The notes beneath the pieces were generated by a model. It did no database searches and had not been told where the DNA came from. It worked only from the letters and a program-made list of their open reading frames with translations. Positions 28,348-40,248 of a stretch of 64,000 nt of DNA are shown in pieces. The stretch is from a virus. Its lineage: Duplodnaviria; Caudoviricetes. A program made the translations under genes and the position numbers. Position 1 is the first letter of the stretch, and every line of letters begins with the position of its first letter. The stretch spans positions 32,001 to 96,000 of IMG/VR virus record IMGVR_UViG_3300028886_000059; one strand, given 5' to 3'.

Positions 28348-28587
28348 TTACCAAAACTTAGATAAATCCTTCTTGAATACTACATACTTCCCATCAGTCC
28401 GCGCCCTGCACTTGCCAATCTGCGCACGCACAGAATCGACATCGCAATGCTTCTGCTTCCTGACTACCCTTCCATGAAAGTAACATCCACGGCAGAACGA
28501 TTCAGCCTCCTGAACTTTCAGATGAACACCGTCGCAGGTGAACACGTCATTAATCGGTCTTTCCATATCACTTCGTTTTTTCGTCAT
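28348..28587 (-). CDS. Cys-rich small protein (paralog of 46125)
   Basis: MER.I..V...LKV.E...C.GC.F...C...R.D...VVF. Confidence 0.55.
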   Translation of the reverse strand: MTKKRSDMERPINDVFTCDGVHLKVQEAESFCRGCYFHGRVVRKQKHCDVDSVRAQIGKCRARTDGKYVVFKKDLSKFW

Positions 28588-29511
28588 AGGGCTTGCCGCA
28601 GAACGGGCAGAACTTCACCTTGTCATCCAAACCGATATAGCGATGGTGCTTTGAATAGTTCCCGCTTTTAGTCATTGGCTTGAACCATCCAGTAACATAT
28701 ATCCGACCATCAGGCGATACGTTTTCCACGCCTCCCAAACCGTACTTCTTACAAAGTTCAGCCTTAATCTTCACTACACAGTCACACATAGTCTATTATT
28801 TCTTAAATGGATTCTGAAACACTAACTTTGTCTTTTTTATAAAATCCCTTCCAGCAGTTCCCTTCGGTGCTGTTTCTTCATACCAAACGACTCTCCGCAA
28901 TAGAAGAGACTTTGAATTGATATGCAACCAGCACCGATGTTCCTTTGATGGGCTACAACATTCAAAGTCACAACAACATTCATCACGCCAAGGGTTATGT
29001 ATGGCGATGCCAAACACTTGCAAGAAAGACTGAATACGCGCAGAAAAAGCAATGTTTTTCCGAAAAGCAGTCTTCCAGTAATATTTTCTGTAATACCAAA
29101 ATTTTTTCATACAACTATTTCTTACGTCTGTTGGCATAGATTTTCATGGCCGTCTTTTTGTTCCGTGCCATGATTCTCTCGCCGTGGATTATAAACTCAT
29201 GCTCCTGCATGTTCACACCATACATCTGATGATTCCGTGCCTTTTCCTCTTCGGTAAGTTCACGGCCTCCAGTGCCTCTATATCTTCTACGTGTGCCAGT
29301 ATCATAGATAGACCTATCGCCAGCACCCGCAACAGCTGCCATCATCAGCGTAGCGGCCATCAATTTGCTAATCTTACTCATTTCGGTTCCTCCTCTGCCT
29401 TTTCAGGTCGCCATTCGTTGAAGAATCCGCATTCACGGGCGGCATTGTCATGGTTGCCAAATCCCGTCTTATGCAAATCCAGTTCCTTGAACTCGGCCAT
29501 CTTTCTTACAT

Positions 29512-30141
29512 TCATAACCATTCGATTTTATTGTTTGTGATATAGTAGTGTGACTTGCAGGGAAATTCAAAGTTCCCTACAGACGGGCGCATCGTTACCG
29601 TTCCATCATCGTTCTTTGTCAGACTCCAGCCGCCAGCCTTGAACGGCATGACTACCAACTCGCCACATCCACAGGCGCACAGGTGGGATGTCGTTTCAAA
29701 CTTTTCGCTGATATACAGTTTCCCGTATTCCAGCTGATGCGGCAAATGCTCGACAAAGACAGGCTCGATTCTTTCAAGTGGCTTTCCAAGCGTTTTCTCA
29801 TTGTGAAGTTCAATCCTGATGGCCTCCTGTAATGGCGGCAGAATCTTCGCGGCAAATCGCTTGCACGATGCCTCGACTTTTCGGCCTGTTGCTGTGTATG
29901 ATATTCCGCTATACATCTTGTCACCGAAATAGTCAACACCGATATTAAGGATGAACTCGCGAAAATCATCCCTGCCTGTGCTGCCCCAGCAGAAATTGAA
30001 ATTGCCCCAATCTGTGACAGCGAAGAAATAGCCGTCGCCAGTCAGAATTACACGGCCAAGAAAGCCGCCAAACTCATTGTGAAGAATATACATCCACACA
30101 ACAACACCGTTTCCGTGATTATTTGTTATTACATTTTTCAT
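29512..30141 (-). CDS. Hypothetical protein with C-terminal DUF6527-like domain
   Basis: HLCACGCG...V.M.PSVGN...CKSHYYI. Confidence 0.6.
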   Translation of the reverse strand: MKNVITNNHGNGVVVWMYILHNEFGGFLGRVILTGDGYFFAVTDWGNFNFCWGSTGRDDFREFILNIGVDYFGDKMYSGISYTATGRKVEASCKRFAAKILPPLQEAIRIELHNEKTLGKPLERIEPVFVEHLPHQLEYGKLYISEKFETTSHLCACGCGELVVMPFKAGGWSLTKNDDGTVTMRPSVGNFEFPCKSHYYITNNKIEWL

Positions 30142-30142
30142 T

Positions 30143-30412
30143 TTAATCCAATTTGTGATATACATGAAACCACCTGTTATCCAGTGTGCGCACCGTACCG
30201 ATAAACTCCAGCTTGCCGCGCAACATCTGACGTTCCTCGTACATGATGACCTGAACATCCTCAAAGTCATCATTACCCAAGTCTATCTCCGCAAACAGGC
30301 AGATAGTCGGCAAAAGGTTTTCCACCGTCAGAATCCTGTACCCCTTCGGCATCGTCACCTTCTGCACGACGTTACTCTGCGCCTGTAGCGGATATTTCAT
30401 TATCGTTTTCAT
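30143..30412 (-). CDS. Small conserved phage protein
   Basis: MKTI.KYPL...MP.G..IL...FIGTV....WFHVY. Confidence 0.55.
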   Translation of the reverse strand: MKTIMKYPLQAQSNVVQKVTMPKGYRILTVENLLPTICLFAEIDLGNDDFEDVQVIMYEERQMLRGKLEFIGTVRTLDNRWFHVYHKLD

Positions 30413-31053
30413 TCCGCTTTGTATTTCGGTGCTGGTATGCCCTTTGCACGGTTCAGCACATACTCATATACCTTGTTGCAGAAATCATCGCCAAGAAAGG
30501 CATTTGACTTTGCGGCTTCATCCAGCCCGCACTCAAAGAACTGCGTTTTTGTGATTGAAGAAACATGGTAACGCTTCTGAATGGCACTCATTCCGTTCAG
30601 GTTGCCGTTCTTTCGATACAGCATGACAACATCATTCAGATACCATTTGAAGTTTTCCTGCTTGCGTTCCTTGTTGGTCATCGTATGTGTGCCGCCTGTC
30701 TGCTGTTTCAGCGTGTCAACAGCAAACTCCAATGCTGCGATAAGGGTGTCAAGTTCACAATCACCGCCGAATGTCAGTTCAACGAGGCTTGCATCGTCAA
30801 TTTCCACATCCTTATAGCTGGCATCATCCACGGAGTAGCCCTTCACCCTGCATCTCATATCGGTGCTGGCTTCATCCTTAATCTTTAGATAAGTACGGCC
30901 ACCATGCCCGCTGTCGCCACCACAATAGCCAGTTGTTCCAACTTCTACCGTGATAATGTTTGCACTGACAATCTCCTGCGACAAAGTTTCAATCTTCGCT
31001 CCGTCGATTTCGATTTGACCCTTTACGGGTTCACTACTTCCATATTCAACCAT
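30409..31053 (-). CDS. Hypothetical phage protein
   Basis: GTTGYCGGDSGHGGRTY motif. Confidence 0.55.
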   Translation of the reverse strand: MVEYGSSEPVKGQIEIDGAKIETLSQEIVSANIITVEVGTTGYCGGDSGHGGRTYLKIKDEASTDMRCRVKGYSVDDASYKDVEIDDASLVELTFGGDCELDTLIAALEFAVDTLKQQTGGTHTMTNKERKQENFKWYLNDVVMLYRKNGNLNGMSAIQKRYHVSSITKTQFFECGLDEAAKSNAFLGDDFCNKVYEYVLNRAKGIPAPKYKAE

Positions 31054-31055
31054 AA

Positions 31056-31478
31056 TTATTCTGTTTTTGTTTTACTTTGATGACCTTCACAGCTATCTGT
31101 CTTTTCAATGCCGATGAATTGGCGCAATGTGCATTTCTTCCCAGCACGATGCAGACAACTTTCACACGACGGCTCAAACAGGATTTCCATTTCCCTGCCA
31201 CCATCCTGCATACCTTTCACAAAATAGTATTCGACATGTGCGCCGTTGCTTTTCAGCCAGTTCGCCAGCATATAGATACCGTCGCACTTTCGCAGTTCCT
31301 CAAGGTCAACCATCAAGTAATCGTCAAACTCCTTGCAGTTGGTCTTGTCAAACTTCCACGGATTCACAGGCTCATATCCCTGCTTGGCCAAATACTTTTC
31401 AGCACGTTCAAAAAGCATCTGCGAATACATGGGCGGCAAACCTGCAATCTTACCTGAAATATAGATTCTCTTCATCAC
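31056..31478 (-). CDS. DUF4406 / nucleoside 2-deoxyribosyltransferase-like protein
   Basis: IYISGKI.G...PVNP...CDGIYML.NW..S.GA..E. Confidence 0.85.
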   Translation of the reverse strand: MMKRIYISGKIAGLPPMYSQMLFERAEKYLAKQGYEPVNPWKFDKTNCKEFDDYLMVDLEELRKCDGIYMLANWLKSNGAHVEYYFVKGMQDGGREMEILFEPSCESCLHRAGKKCTLRQFIGIEKTDSCEGHQSKTKTE

Positions 31479-32688
31479 TTGACCCTCCTATAAATCATTC
31501 CGTCGCAGCTGCCCTTGGTGTAGTCAGTACCCACGCCATAGTAGGGATGCTTGCAGTCGTTTTTCTTTCTAAAGCAACAACCCTCACAGCAATGCTTACT
31601 ATTGCTTTCCGTCTGCTGGTAGGTCTTGCCGTCATGCGTAAACCTGATGTACTTCTTTCGCCACGGTGCTTTGCCGTTGATTTCGTCGGCTGCTTCATGC
31701 ACGGCCTTATTCAGCTTTGCCAGCACACCGTATTTCAATAATCTGTTGGCATAGCTGGTGACTTTGATTGTACCGTCATCATTCGTGATGACCTCGCACT
31801 TATAGATATTCCGTTTCATGCTTCAATCTTTGGTATCTGCATCCAGTGAGTAACCATTTCACAGCCATCAACGATAAACTTACCGTCAACGACATTCACC
31901 ACACGCGCCTCGTTCTTAGGCATAATCCTTGCCAGCACAACCTTTTCTTCAGGGCGAACCTTCGCAGCAAGATTCCACTCGCTTTCACCTGCACCCTTCC
32001 AGCCGTGCCATTCCATGTTTTTCTTGCTGGTCTCTGCAAGGCTTTCAAGATGGCGCGTAACAGAATCGGCAATGATATGGTCGGGCATGTTGCACTCGTT
32101 ATCCCATCCGAATTGATTCAGCAGGGATGCCAGTTTTTCTTTGAACTCCTTCGTTTCCATACTATTCAGCAGATTCAGCATTTTCTTCTTTGGTTTCTAC
32201 TGGCTTCGGCAGCAGGGCGAGATACTCCTCCTCGCTGATGCGCTGGTAAACGAAGATGACAACGCTTCCACGGGGTTCAAATCCCGCATTGATGGCCGTA
32301 TGATAGGTATTCTTCTGAATCTCCTCATAGGTCGGCACTTCGTCATAGAACTGTGTGCTGTTACAGACACCGTTCCCAACCGCCACATTCGATGTGACCA
32401 TGTAATAAGTCTTTTTCATTTTACCCATAATTCTTTTGTCGTTTTTGTTACAAATTCTATATGATATTTCTTATCCTTCAACGATGGCCGCTTCTGTTCC
32501 ACATATTCATAGAACGCCGTCATCGGTATGTCAAAGACTGGCCTTTCACCTTCATAGCCTGTCAGGTATTCAAACCCAAGAGCCATTGTCAGGGTGCAAA
32601 TCCAACGCCCGCCTAACATTACATCGAATTTGACTGAATAGAAGGGGGTATTTTTTGCCTTTTTCAAACATTGCATACTTTGGCAGAT

Positions 32689-33030
32689 TTAGAGGTGAGT
32701 GTATAAACCAGTCATTTCGGTGAAAGTGGCCTGCACCATGTCGCAATAAACGCCCTTTGTCTCAGCGACTATTTTCTCAGTCGTTTCATAGGTCTTGCGG
32801 CTTGTGGTCTTACGAATCAGCTGCATAACATACGAATCCATTGCAGAATCATAAATCATCTTGAAGAAATTGGCAGATGTCTTGTTTCTACCTATATTCA
32901 TAGAAAGAATGACGTTGCCACCCTTGCAGTCATAAACGGCCATCTTAACGCCTACCATGTAGCGAAAACTGCTACCACCTAACTGCTTCATCATTTCGTT
33001 GGCTATTGCCTTAACTTGCTGCTTATCCAT
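32689..33030 (-). CDS. Hypothetical mobile-element protein, first gene of an early-type unit
   Basis: QLGG..F..M.G...GVYCD.....F...TGLYT.L. Confidence 0.6.
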   Translation of the reverse strand: MDKQQVKAIANEMMKQLGGSSFRYMVGVKMAVYDCKGGNVILSMNIGRNKTSANFFKMIYDSAMDSYVMQLIRKTTSRKTYETTEKIVAETKGVYCDMVQATFTEMTGLYTHL

Positions 33031-33219
33031 GTTGTCTGTGCCTGTTTGTCATCAGTCGGCTCTTCTGTTCTAAATGGTTTTGTTCTTATTTCTGTTGCAA
33101 AGATAGTGATTATTTTCAGAACTACCAAATTTTTTCGTGAGTATTTTCAACCTAAATGCTTGTTTTAAGATTATTTAATAAATTAAATTGCTTTATTTAT
33201 ATAATAATGTGTATCTTTG
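33031..33219. promoter_or_regulatory. Divergent promoters with leader and operator motifs
   Basis: Minus-strand TTTG-N20-TATCTTTG (33098-33129), plus-strand TATCTTTG (33212), GATAGTGATTATTTTCAGAAC box. Confidence 0.7.
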
Positions 33220-33248
33220 CACTCGAATTACAAAACGGAAATAGAATT

Positions 33249-33554
33249 ATGCTACGACTGAAAGAAATTTTGAAGGAGAAAGGTATGACTGGAGTACAAC
33301 TTGCTGCACTCATCAAGAATGAAAAAGGCGAGCCAGTAACACCTCAGTACATCAACGGTATCGCCCGTGGACGTGGCAGCATATCCTTTAAGAAACTCAA
33401 GGAGATTGCAGATGCCCTTGGCGTGACGATGGCCGAATTGTTTGATGACTACAGGGAGCGCGATGCAAGCGTCGTGTTCTGCCCTAACTGCAATGAACGC
33501 CTGCGCCTTGTCAAAGACGATGACGATTCCATCAAGGCAGTATCAGAGAAATAG
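33249..33554 (+). CDS. XRE-family HTH regulator with C-terminal Zn ribbon
   Basis: LRLKEILKEKGMT...L.EIADALGV..ELF...CPNC. Confidence 0.85.
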   Translation: MLRLKEILKEKGMTGVQLAALIKNEKGEPVTPQYINGIARGRGSISFKKLKEIADALGVTMAELFDDYRERDASVVFCPNCNERLRLVKDDDDSIKAVSEK

Positions 33555-33577
33555 GGAGTAATACTTCCGCACACTCC

Positions 33578-34201
33578 CTATTTTACCCTTTGTCCTAATG
33601 CTATCTTGAACACATCCTTATCAGGAGCACCCCATTCAGGATTACCCCTGCCAGCAGATATATTGAACACTTCAAACAGCATCCTGCGTGACCAGTCATC
33701 ACGTTTCGGATAGCCCAGCGAAAACTCGACATGCGTATATGGTATCATAAAGGCCATAGGCGCAAATTCCATACCTCGCGGCAAATACATGTAATTGACC
33801 AGCCGCTTATTCCAAAATGCGTTGATTTCCCTGTATTCCTCCAACTTGATTCCAGCCTCTATCATCCTGTACCATTCTGCTTTCAATGACAGATGCAGGA
33901 CGCGCTCCTCTTTCAGGTGCTCAAAAACGCACAGCAGGCCACGATAATAGTTGTGTACCTGTTCGGAGACCTCATCCAGCAGGATTTCTTCTATTGTCTT
34001 ATCCGTACAGGTTGTGCTATCGCTATTCAGCCATTCGTGTTGCTCGATTTCCTCTTCCGTTTTCCAAACAGATTCATCAAGCGGTGTCAGCAGCCAGTCA
34101 TCATGCTTTGGCAGCATTCTTGTGTTGATGCCTACATATTCCCCTTGGTCAACATAATCCAGCAGAACCATGTCTCTGACCGTTTTATACTTCATTTCCA
34201 T
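33578..34201 (-). CDS. ASCH-domain protein
   Basis: LHLSLK.EWY.MI..G.K.EEYRE...FW..RL. Confidence 0.75.
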   Translation of the reverse strand: MEMKYKTVRDMVLLDYVDQGEYVGINTRMLPKHDDWLLTPLDESVWKTEEEIEQHEWLNSDSTTCTDKTIEEILLDEVSEQVHNYYRGLLCVFEHLKEERVLHLSLKAEWYRMIEAGIKLEEYREINAFWNKRLVNYMYLPRGMEFAPMAFMIPYTHVEFSLGYPKRDDWSRRMLFEVFNISAGRGNPEWGAPDKDVFKIALGQRVK

Positions 34202-34461
34202 AGACAGGCATTATAAATAAATGTTCGGGATTCAGGATAACAGGCAGCGCATAGGCATTCTGTTTCATCACTTCAATGCGCTTTTCCGCTTCCTTCGCTA
34301 CGGCTTCTTTATATAACAGTTCACCAACCCGCAAATCAGCAGACTTATAGGCGATGACCCTTTTCATACCTTCATTGTAGTCGAATCTGTCACAGCCGCG
34401 TTTCTTCGCTTTACGAATCCAGCGGACTAACTTTCCGATAGCCCGCCGCTCTTTCTTCGTT

Positions 34462-35319
34462 CTACCCTTCATGTTTCATTATTTCATGTAACAGATAATC
34501 GTCGTGCTTCCAGCCGTCAATCTTGCCGAAAGCATCAATGTGCATAATGATGTAGTCGCCATCGTTCTCACAGCCACAGCACAGGATTTCGGGTACATAT
34601 CCGCAATACTCCTTGACACAATGACCGTCATTATCAAGCACCGATATTCCGCATTCATCGCACACCTTATAATGGATGTCGGCAGTAATGCCCAACTCCC
34701 AATTCTTGACCTCTCCAGTCTTGATGTCGATTACGGGCTTCCAAATATAGCCGTCTTTGCCGTCAGGTATGGCACATGGCATTTTCGGATGTTCGTTGTC
34801 ATCCCTTACACCATTCAGCTTTCCATCTTCCCAATATCTTACTCCAGCAGACAGAACCAGTTGAGCCAAATTTGAATATGACTTCTTGCACTTCTGCTCC
34901 TTCCACCACTGAGGCTCCAGCATTTCAGGATTGTCATACTTATTGCCGACAACTTCAAACTCCTTGCCAAAGTCACGCCACCAGTCATCAGCAGGAACAC
35001 CCCAAGGGTACAGCCATTCACGTTTCAAATCCTGAATGTTTGCCGTACAGAAAGCGGCACGGTTATCCTTGAATGCTACCAGCTTCGGATATTCCAGCCC
35101 GATAGCGATAATGTCACCGTCAAAGATTCGCTTGCCGTTCTTATCCTTCAATCCGATGTACTGGCCTATGGTATCTTCGGCCACATCAGACTCCAGCCCG
35201 CTACTTTCCTTGATGGTCACTTTCTCGCACCGTGGGCGGTTGTAGTGAATCAAGTCACCTTCTACCCACTGGCCATCATGTTCGGCCTTTGCCCTAAACA
35301 GTATTTCCATAATCTTCAA
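34462..35319 (-). CDS. YopX-family protein fused to a second domain
   Basis: EILFRAK...TIGQYIGLKDKNGKRIFDGDI...VVGNKYDNPE. Confidence 0.8.
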   Translation of the reverse strand: MKIMEILFRAKAEHDGQWVEGDLIHYNRPRCEKVTIKESSGLESDVAEDTIGQYIGLKDKNGKRIFDGDIIAIGLEYPKLVAFKDNRAAFCTANIQDLKREWLYPWGVPADDWWRDFGKEFEVVGNKYDNPEMLEPQWWKEQKCKKSYSNLAQLVLSAGVRYWEDGKLNGVRDDNEHPKMPCAIPDGKDGYIWKPVIDIKTGEVKNWELGITADIHYKVCDECGISVLDNDGHCVKEYCGYVPEILCCGCENDGDYIIMHIDAFGKIDGWKHDDYLLHEIMKHEG

Positions 35320-35661
35320 TGTTTTACCATACCTACATAAGTTTTTGTACGGCCATCAGTTTCATCTAAATGATAAACTTTGATGGTTGTTCCCAAAGGA
35401 GCACGGCGCACTATCTTTTTGGCCAAATCGAGTGCTGCATCGTCATCCTTGCAATGTTTGTTAGCGCAATCGTCAATGCCCTTACCTTTGATGTATAAGA
35501 GATAACTTTCCATATCAATCATCCTTATTATTATTACCTGTATAATAGTTTATCGTCGGCCTTATTGCCTGTGCGATAATCACCAGCCCCAGCCAGCAAA
35601 GCAATGCAGTAATGGGGTGTGATTCAACAGCCACAAAGAACTCATTCATCTTTTCCAATTA

Positions 35662-36366
35662 TTATTTTTGATTTTCATTTACTATTTCATAAATCGGCTG
35701 AACCCTGCAATCACCAAAGATGCTTAACTCCATATCGCAACATGTTCCATATCTGCGTTTGTATTCTTCATCCAGCTTTGATGATTCATCCCACACGCGG
35801 ATTTTCTTGTTACGTCCTTTTCCAACATACTGCGCCACATAGACATGGCCTTTCACAGACATGCAGCCGTTGTCATATAATGCCCGAATGCGAAACTCAC
35901 CATCCAGTAAACCATTCTTGGGCGGCTGCGGTTTCTTCACTTCCAGCAGTTCGGGATTGTCGTAGCGATTACCTACGACTAACAGCCTGTCACGCCATGC
36001 CGTTAGTCCGATGTACGATGAACTGCCGACTTGTTTCCCACGCATCCCACAATCATGCCAAACGACTACATAGAGAAAACCGTGCTCGCCATTGCGAACA
36101 ATGTCACCCTCGTATATTGATGTTCCATTGGAGTCTTTCAGTCCTGTGTTCTGCCCGATTGTATCAGGGTCGCAGATAGCGACTTCCTCGTAGCCAAAGA
36201 CAAGAGCCACGTTCTCAAGTTTATCCACTTCTTCATCAAATGTAAGGTTACGATTGGTGATGATAACAAGTACTTTCTTGCCGTTATAACTGGCATTGTG
36301 CAAATCTCCATATTTCCACATGCCATCGTCATTGCACCTACCTCTGAAATTTATTGTTCTTTCCAT
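35662..36366 (-). CDS. YopX-family protein with C-terminal extension
   Basis: INFRG...TIGQNTGLKDSNG..IYEGDI...VGN.YDNPELL. Confidence 0.8.
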   Translation of the reverse strand: MERTINFRGRCNDDGMWKYGDLHNASYNGKKVLVIITNRNLTFDEEVDKLENVALVFGYEEVAICDPDTIGQNTGLKDSNGTSIYEGDIVRNGEHGFLYVVVWHDCGMRGKQVGSSSYIGLTAWRDRLLVVGNRYDNPELLEVKKPQPPKNGLLDGEFRIRALYDNGCMSVKGHVYVAQYVGKGRNKKIRVWDESSKLDEEYKRRYGTCCDMELSIFGDCRVQPIYEIVNENQK

Positions 36367-36763
36367 TGCAAAATTCGGGATTATCATAGATATTGCCGAT
36401 TACCCAGCCTTTCAAAAACTCATAATCCAAGAAGTCGGTAATGCCATTCTTGACATTCCGAACAATCCAGCCATAGGCAGCGAAGCAATCCGTGACTGCT
36501 GGCCTGCCATGCCTTACATTGTGCTCTTTGTAGCCATATTCTACAACAACGACGTTTCCAAGAGGAGATTGGATGACATCGCCCTCATAGATTGGCGTGT
36601 CATTCTTGTCATGCAGACCAGTAAACTGCCCGACAGTCTTTTCATCGACTGTGCAATGCAAGCCGTCATCGTTAATCCAAACGAGGCCGTTGTCATGCAG
36701 CAAATCGCCGTGTCGCCACATTCCATCGTCTGTGCATTTGCCTCTGAACTTGATAATACGCAT
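36338..36763 (-). CDS. YopX-family protein
   Basis: IKFRGK...TVGQFTGL.DKN...IYEGD...VIGNIYDNPE. Confidence 0.85.
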   Translation of the reverse strand: MRIIKFRGKCTDDGMWRHGDLLHDNGLVWINDDGLHCTVDEKTVGQFTGLHDKNDTPIYEGDVIQSPLGNVVVVEYGYKEHNVRHGRPAVTDCFAAYGWIVRNVKNGITDFLDYEFLKGWVIGNIYDNPEFCNGKNNKFQR

Positions 36764-37771
36764 AGCTATTTCTTTCTGTTTTTCACGCAGCCCTTGATAG
36801 AACCTTCCAGTATAGTTCTGTATTTCTTGCACTGTGCCGCAACCGTAGAAACGGCCATAGTGGTACTGCGAAGAATCAGCTTGTCAAAGTCCTGCGCGTC
36901 TTTCTGCGTCGCATCGTAGATACACTGGCCTAACATTCCAGCAAGCGACTCAGAATCAATGCTGCCGACGTTTATAAACCCGTTATCATCACCACACATG
37001 ATAAGGATGTTTTTGTTCTCACTTTTGGCCGCATCAGCAGCAGCCCTAATTGCCTGTTCTAACTTTTCCATATTTCAATAATTTTCGTTTTGTCCTACAT
37101 ACACACACCCGTCAACAGTTATTTGAGGGAATCGGCTTTCCGTATTAACCCTAATGTCAATCAGGTTGTTCTTTTCTATTTCATGCAGAATCTCCCTTAC
37201 GCATGACTTTTTGGCTCTTTCTACCAATTCATTGATGCCACCAAATGCAGGGATTAAGTCCGCACGACCATTCCGACGCATCATTTCTTCACGTATATGT
37301 GCGTCGAATACTTCGCTTTCACCGATAAGCACATGGCTTTCAATACGAACAGAATTACGCGGCATCATAACGGTGTTCCGTCTTGAATTGGCTTCTTGAT
37401 AATACATACAGCAAAAACGGTTGCAGTAGTCGATAGGCTTCAACCTGTCAGCATATTGCTCCAGCTTACCGCCGAGCCACCGTTTCCAAATCGGCTTTAC
37501 ATCATGTCCGTCTGCTATGCAAGCCAGCAGATACAGGATGCCAAATGATATATAAATAATCGCAATCGTCATAATCAACAGTTTTTACAATCAACACAAA
37601 TTCTATTTCCACAACAGGGGCAGGTTATATAATACTGCCATTCATACATGTGGCTCTGCTGGCGTTCACATTCCGATTCTGTGTACTCCAGTTCCGCACC
37701 GCATTTATAGCATTTCGTCTGATTCACGGCCACAGGCTGCATCCTGTAATGCTTTGGCGGTTTCACTACCC

Positions 37772-38212
37772 TTACCATAATTCCTGCTGCTGTTGACCGA
37801 GCCACACATCGAACTTAATCATGGCATCTTCCATGTCGTACTGATTGCCGACAATTCGGGTCTTAGTGAAATCAAATCCCCTGCGAAGTGCCGTCTTGAT
37901 GGTGACACGCTTTCCACGTTCTATCATACCCGATTCGTTCAGAGGTGCAATATACCAACCGCCCCACAGTTGAATGTAGTTTATCAGGTATGGCGTTTTC
38001 TGACCTTCTACAGCCAAAATGTCACGGTCAAAGATGAAATAATCCTCTTTGTCACGAAATCCCGTGTACTGGTCTATTGTGCCACGTTCCACCTGTACGG
38101 CCTTCGTGTTGTCAACGCAAATCTCCATCGGCGCACGGTGCATCAGCAAGTCACCGTACACAAACTTTCTTGAAATAATCGCCCTTCCGCGAAAAAGAAT
38201 AGTCCTATCCAT
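37772..38212 (-). CDS. YopX-family protein
   Basis: ILFRGR...TIDQYTG..DK....IFD.DI...IVGNQYD. Confidence 0.75.
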   Translation of the reverse strand: MDRTILFRGRAIISRKFVYGDLLMHRAPMEICVDNTKAVQVERGTIDQYTGFRDKEDYFIFDRDILAVEGQKTPYLINYIQLWGGWYIAPLNESGMIERGKRVTIKTALRRGFDFTKTRIVGNQYDMEDAMIKFDVWLGQQQQELW

Positions 38213-39672
38213 ATTACTTTTTGTTTATGATAAATCTTTGCCATGCACCGATATTCTCCATCAGCATATTGCCACCAACAATATTGAAGGTGTAATATGT
38301 TGTTCCGCTTTGGCCGTTGTAGGAGAAATTGTACCTGCCATTTTCGGCTGTCGTAACCACACATCTGCACAGGTACGCTTTATTCGATGTAGAAATAACG
38401 ATATAAAGCTGGCCATTCTTCGGCAATTCGCTTTCCAGCAGTTCATCATCAAATATGATAAACCCGTTCTTGTACTGAAACGTCATGCCAGCACGAAAGG
38501 CATCTGCAACCACGGCGGCAAACTCCTTCTCATGGTTATAGTCGTTTTCCGCTTTCTTGCAGACTGCATCCAGTTCATTCACATATTTTTCTGTATATCC
38601 CATATTATTTGCCTTTTTTCTTGCATTTTATAATCAGGTTGCCAGTCTCTTCGTCATTACATGTCTGCAAGTTGTTCTCGCAGTTCCGACAGAAGTAACC
38701 GCCCATCAGAGGCTTGTCACCTTCAACATTCAGCACAGGGCATTCAACCCTTGCATTCGGTTTGATGACATACTGCTCATATTTGGGCTTTTCTACAGGT
38801 TCTTTGCCGACAGACACTATTTCGCACTCCGTCGGCTCTTTGTCTATCCACTGCACATCGGGATGCTGCTTGTTATCAAGCGTCACCGACTGGCAGTTAT
38901 GCTTTGTTTTCCAGCTTCCATTGTGCTTGAACGGTTTCTCGTCAGTCACCAACAGAATCAGGTCATTGTTTTGTTCACGAACTAAATACATAGTCTTTTC
39001 TATTTCAATTCGTACTTTTCTTGAATATCTTCAGGAGTACAATCGTATTTGTTCCCTTTCTGTTCCGTTTCGGCCTTTGCTGGCTTCTCCAGCGTCACGG
39101 CCACCCTTGCATATTGTCTGTTCATGTTTCTTTCCAGTTCTTTCCATTTCTTGCAACTCTTGAAAGAATTAGCAAGAATTATCTTAATCTTCGACCTTGC
39201 ACCCGCAGGCTATCATCCGCTGGTGCTCTGCCTTTACATTGTTGATGAATGCGTCCAATAACTCCTTGTTTTCTTTCGCCGTATAGAAGGTGTAAATATC
39301 AAGAGAGACAACAACGAAATCCATGCTTCCATCGTCCTGCTCAACCTTCTTTGTCTGCGAGATAAAATGTGCACTAATGGCAATGCAGCCATCATCGTGA
39401 TACTTGCGCACCCTGACTTCCAAATTCACTGTTTCCGCATACTTTCCCTGAATCGACTGCAATTTGCGGAGAAACTGCATCATCTTAGGTTTCTGTGCCA
39501 TAGTCTGTATATATTTTGTTGAACATCCGATTAACTAACGCCCGTACCTTTACGCCCTTGAGACGTGTAATCTTACGGCTACGGTGGCCACGCGGCTTTG
39601 CAGCGGCCTTTACATCGTCAAACTCCCACGAATGGCGAATCTGCATGATTTTTCTGCCTGTTATCTTCATAA

Positions 39673-39945
39673 TCACTTGAATTGTTCTGTACCACATACC
39701 AGCACATCACCGACAATCGCATTGGCCTTCCGTGCCATGTATGCAATCAGTGAAGCCTGTTTGTTATACGGCAAATTTCTAATCAGCCCCTCTTCGTTGA
39801 CAATCATAATTTGGGTACTGCTTAGATGAATCACCTCGACATAACCTCCGACGATTTTCTGTGCCTCTTCAAGGCTGAAATCCGTGCCGTTCTTTGGCGT
39901 TATGCCATGATACTCGCCGTTTGCATGTATTACTGTTGCTGTCAT
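39673..39945 (-). CDS. DUF3846 protein
   Basis: FSLEEAQKIVGGYVE...IVNEEG....LP.N. Confidence 0.8.
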   Translation of the reverse strand: MTATVIHANGEYHGITPKNGTDFSLEEAQKIVGGYVEVIHLSSTQIMIVNEEGLIRNLPYNKQASLIAYMARKANAIVGDVLVCGTEQFK

Positions 39946-40035
39946 AATCGAAATGCCTGTTTACTGTCGGCTCGTCAGTTCTAAATGGTTGTGATAAGGC
40001 CGCAGGGCTAATCCAGCGGCCTTGTATGCTGTTTA

Positions 40036-40248
40036 TTATAATTCTTCGGGCTTGTGCATTCTGTCGTACTCCTCATCCCAAATGGCATCCAGTTCATCCT
40101 CTTCTGCATAGACATCGGTATTGTCGTACTTCAAAATCAGTCGCTTTGCGAAATTGATATGTGTCTTTGCCATTGCGCTGTCTGCGTTCATTATTGTCTG
40201 AGCGTCTGAAAGGTGGCTCATGATGGCGATTTGAATGTTGACTTGCAT
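40036..40248 (-). CDS. Hypothetical phage protein
   Basis: SHLSDAQ...INFAK motif; ATG follows the leader motif. Confidence 0.55.
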   Translation of the reverse strand: MQVNIQIAIMSHLSDAQTIMNADSAMAKTHINFAKRLILKYDNTDVYAEEDELDAIWDEEYDRMHKPEEL

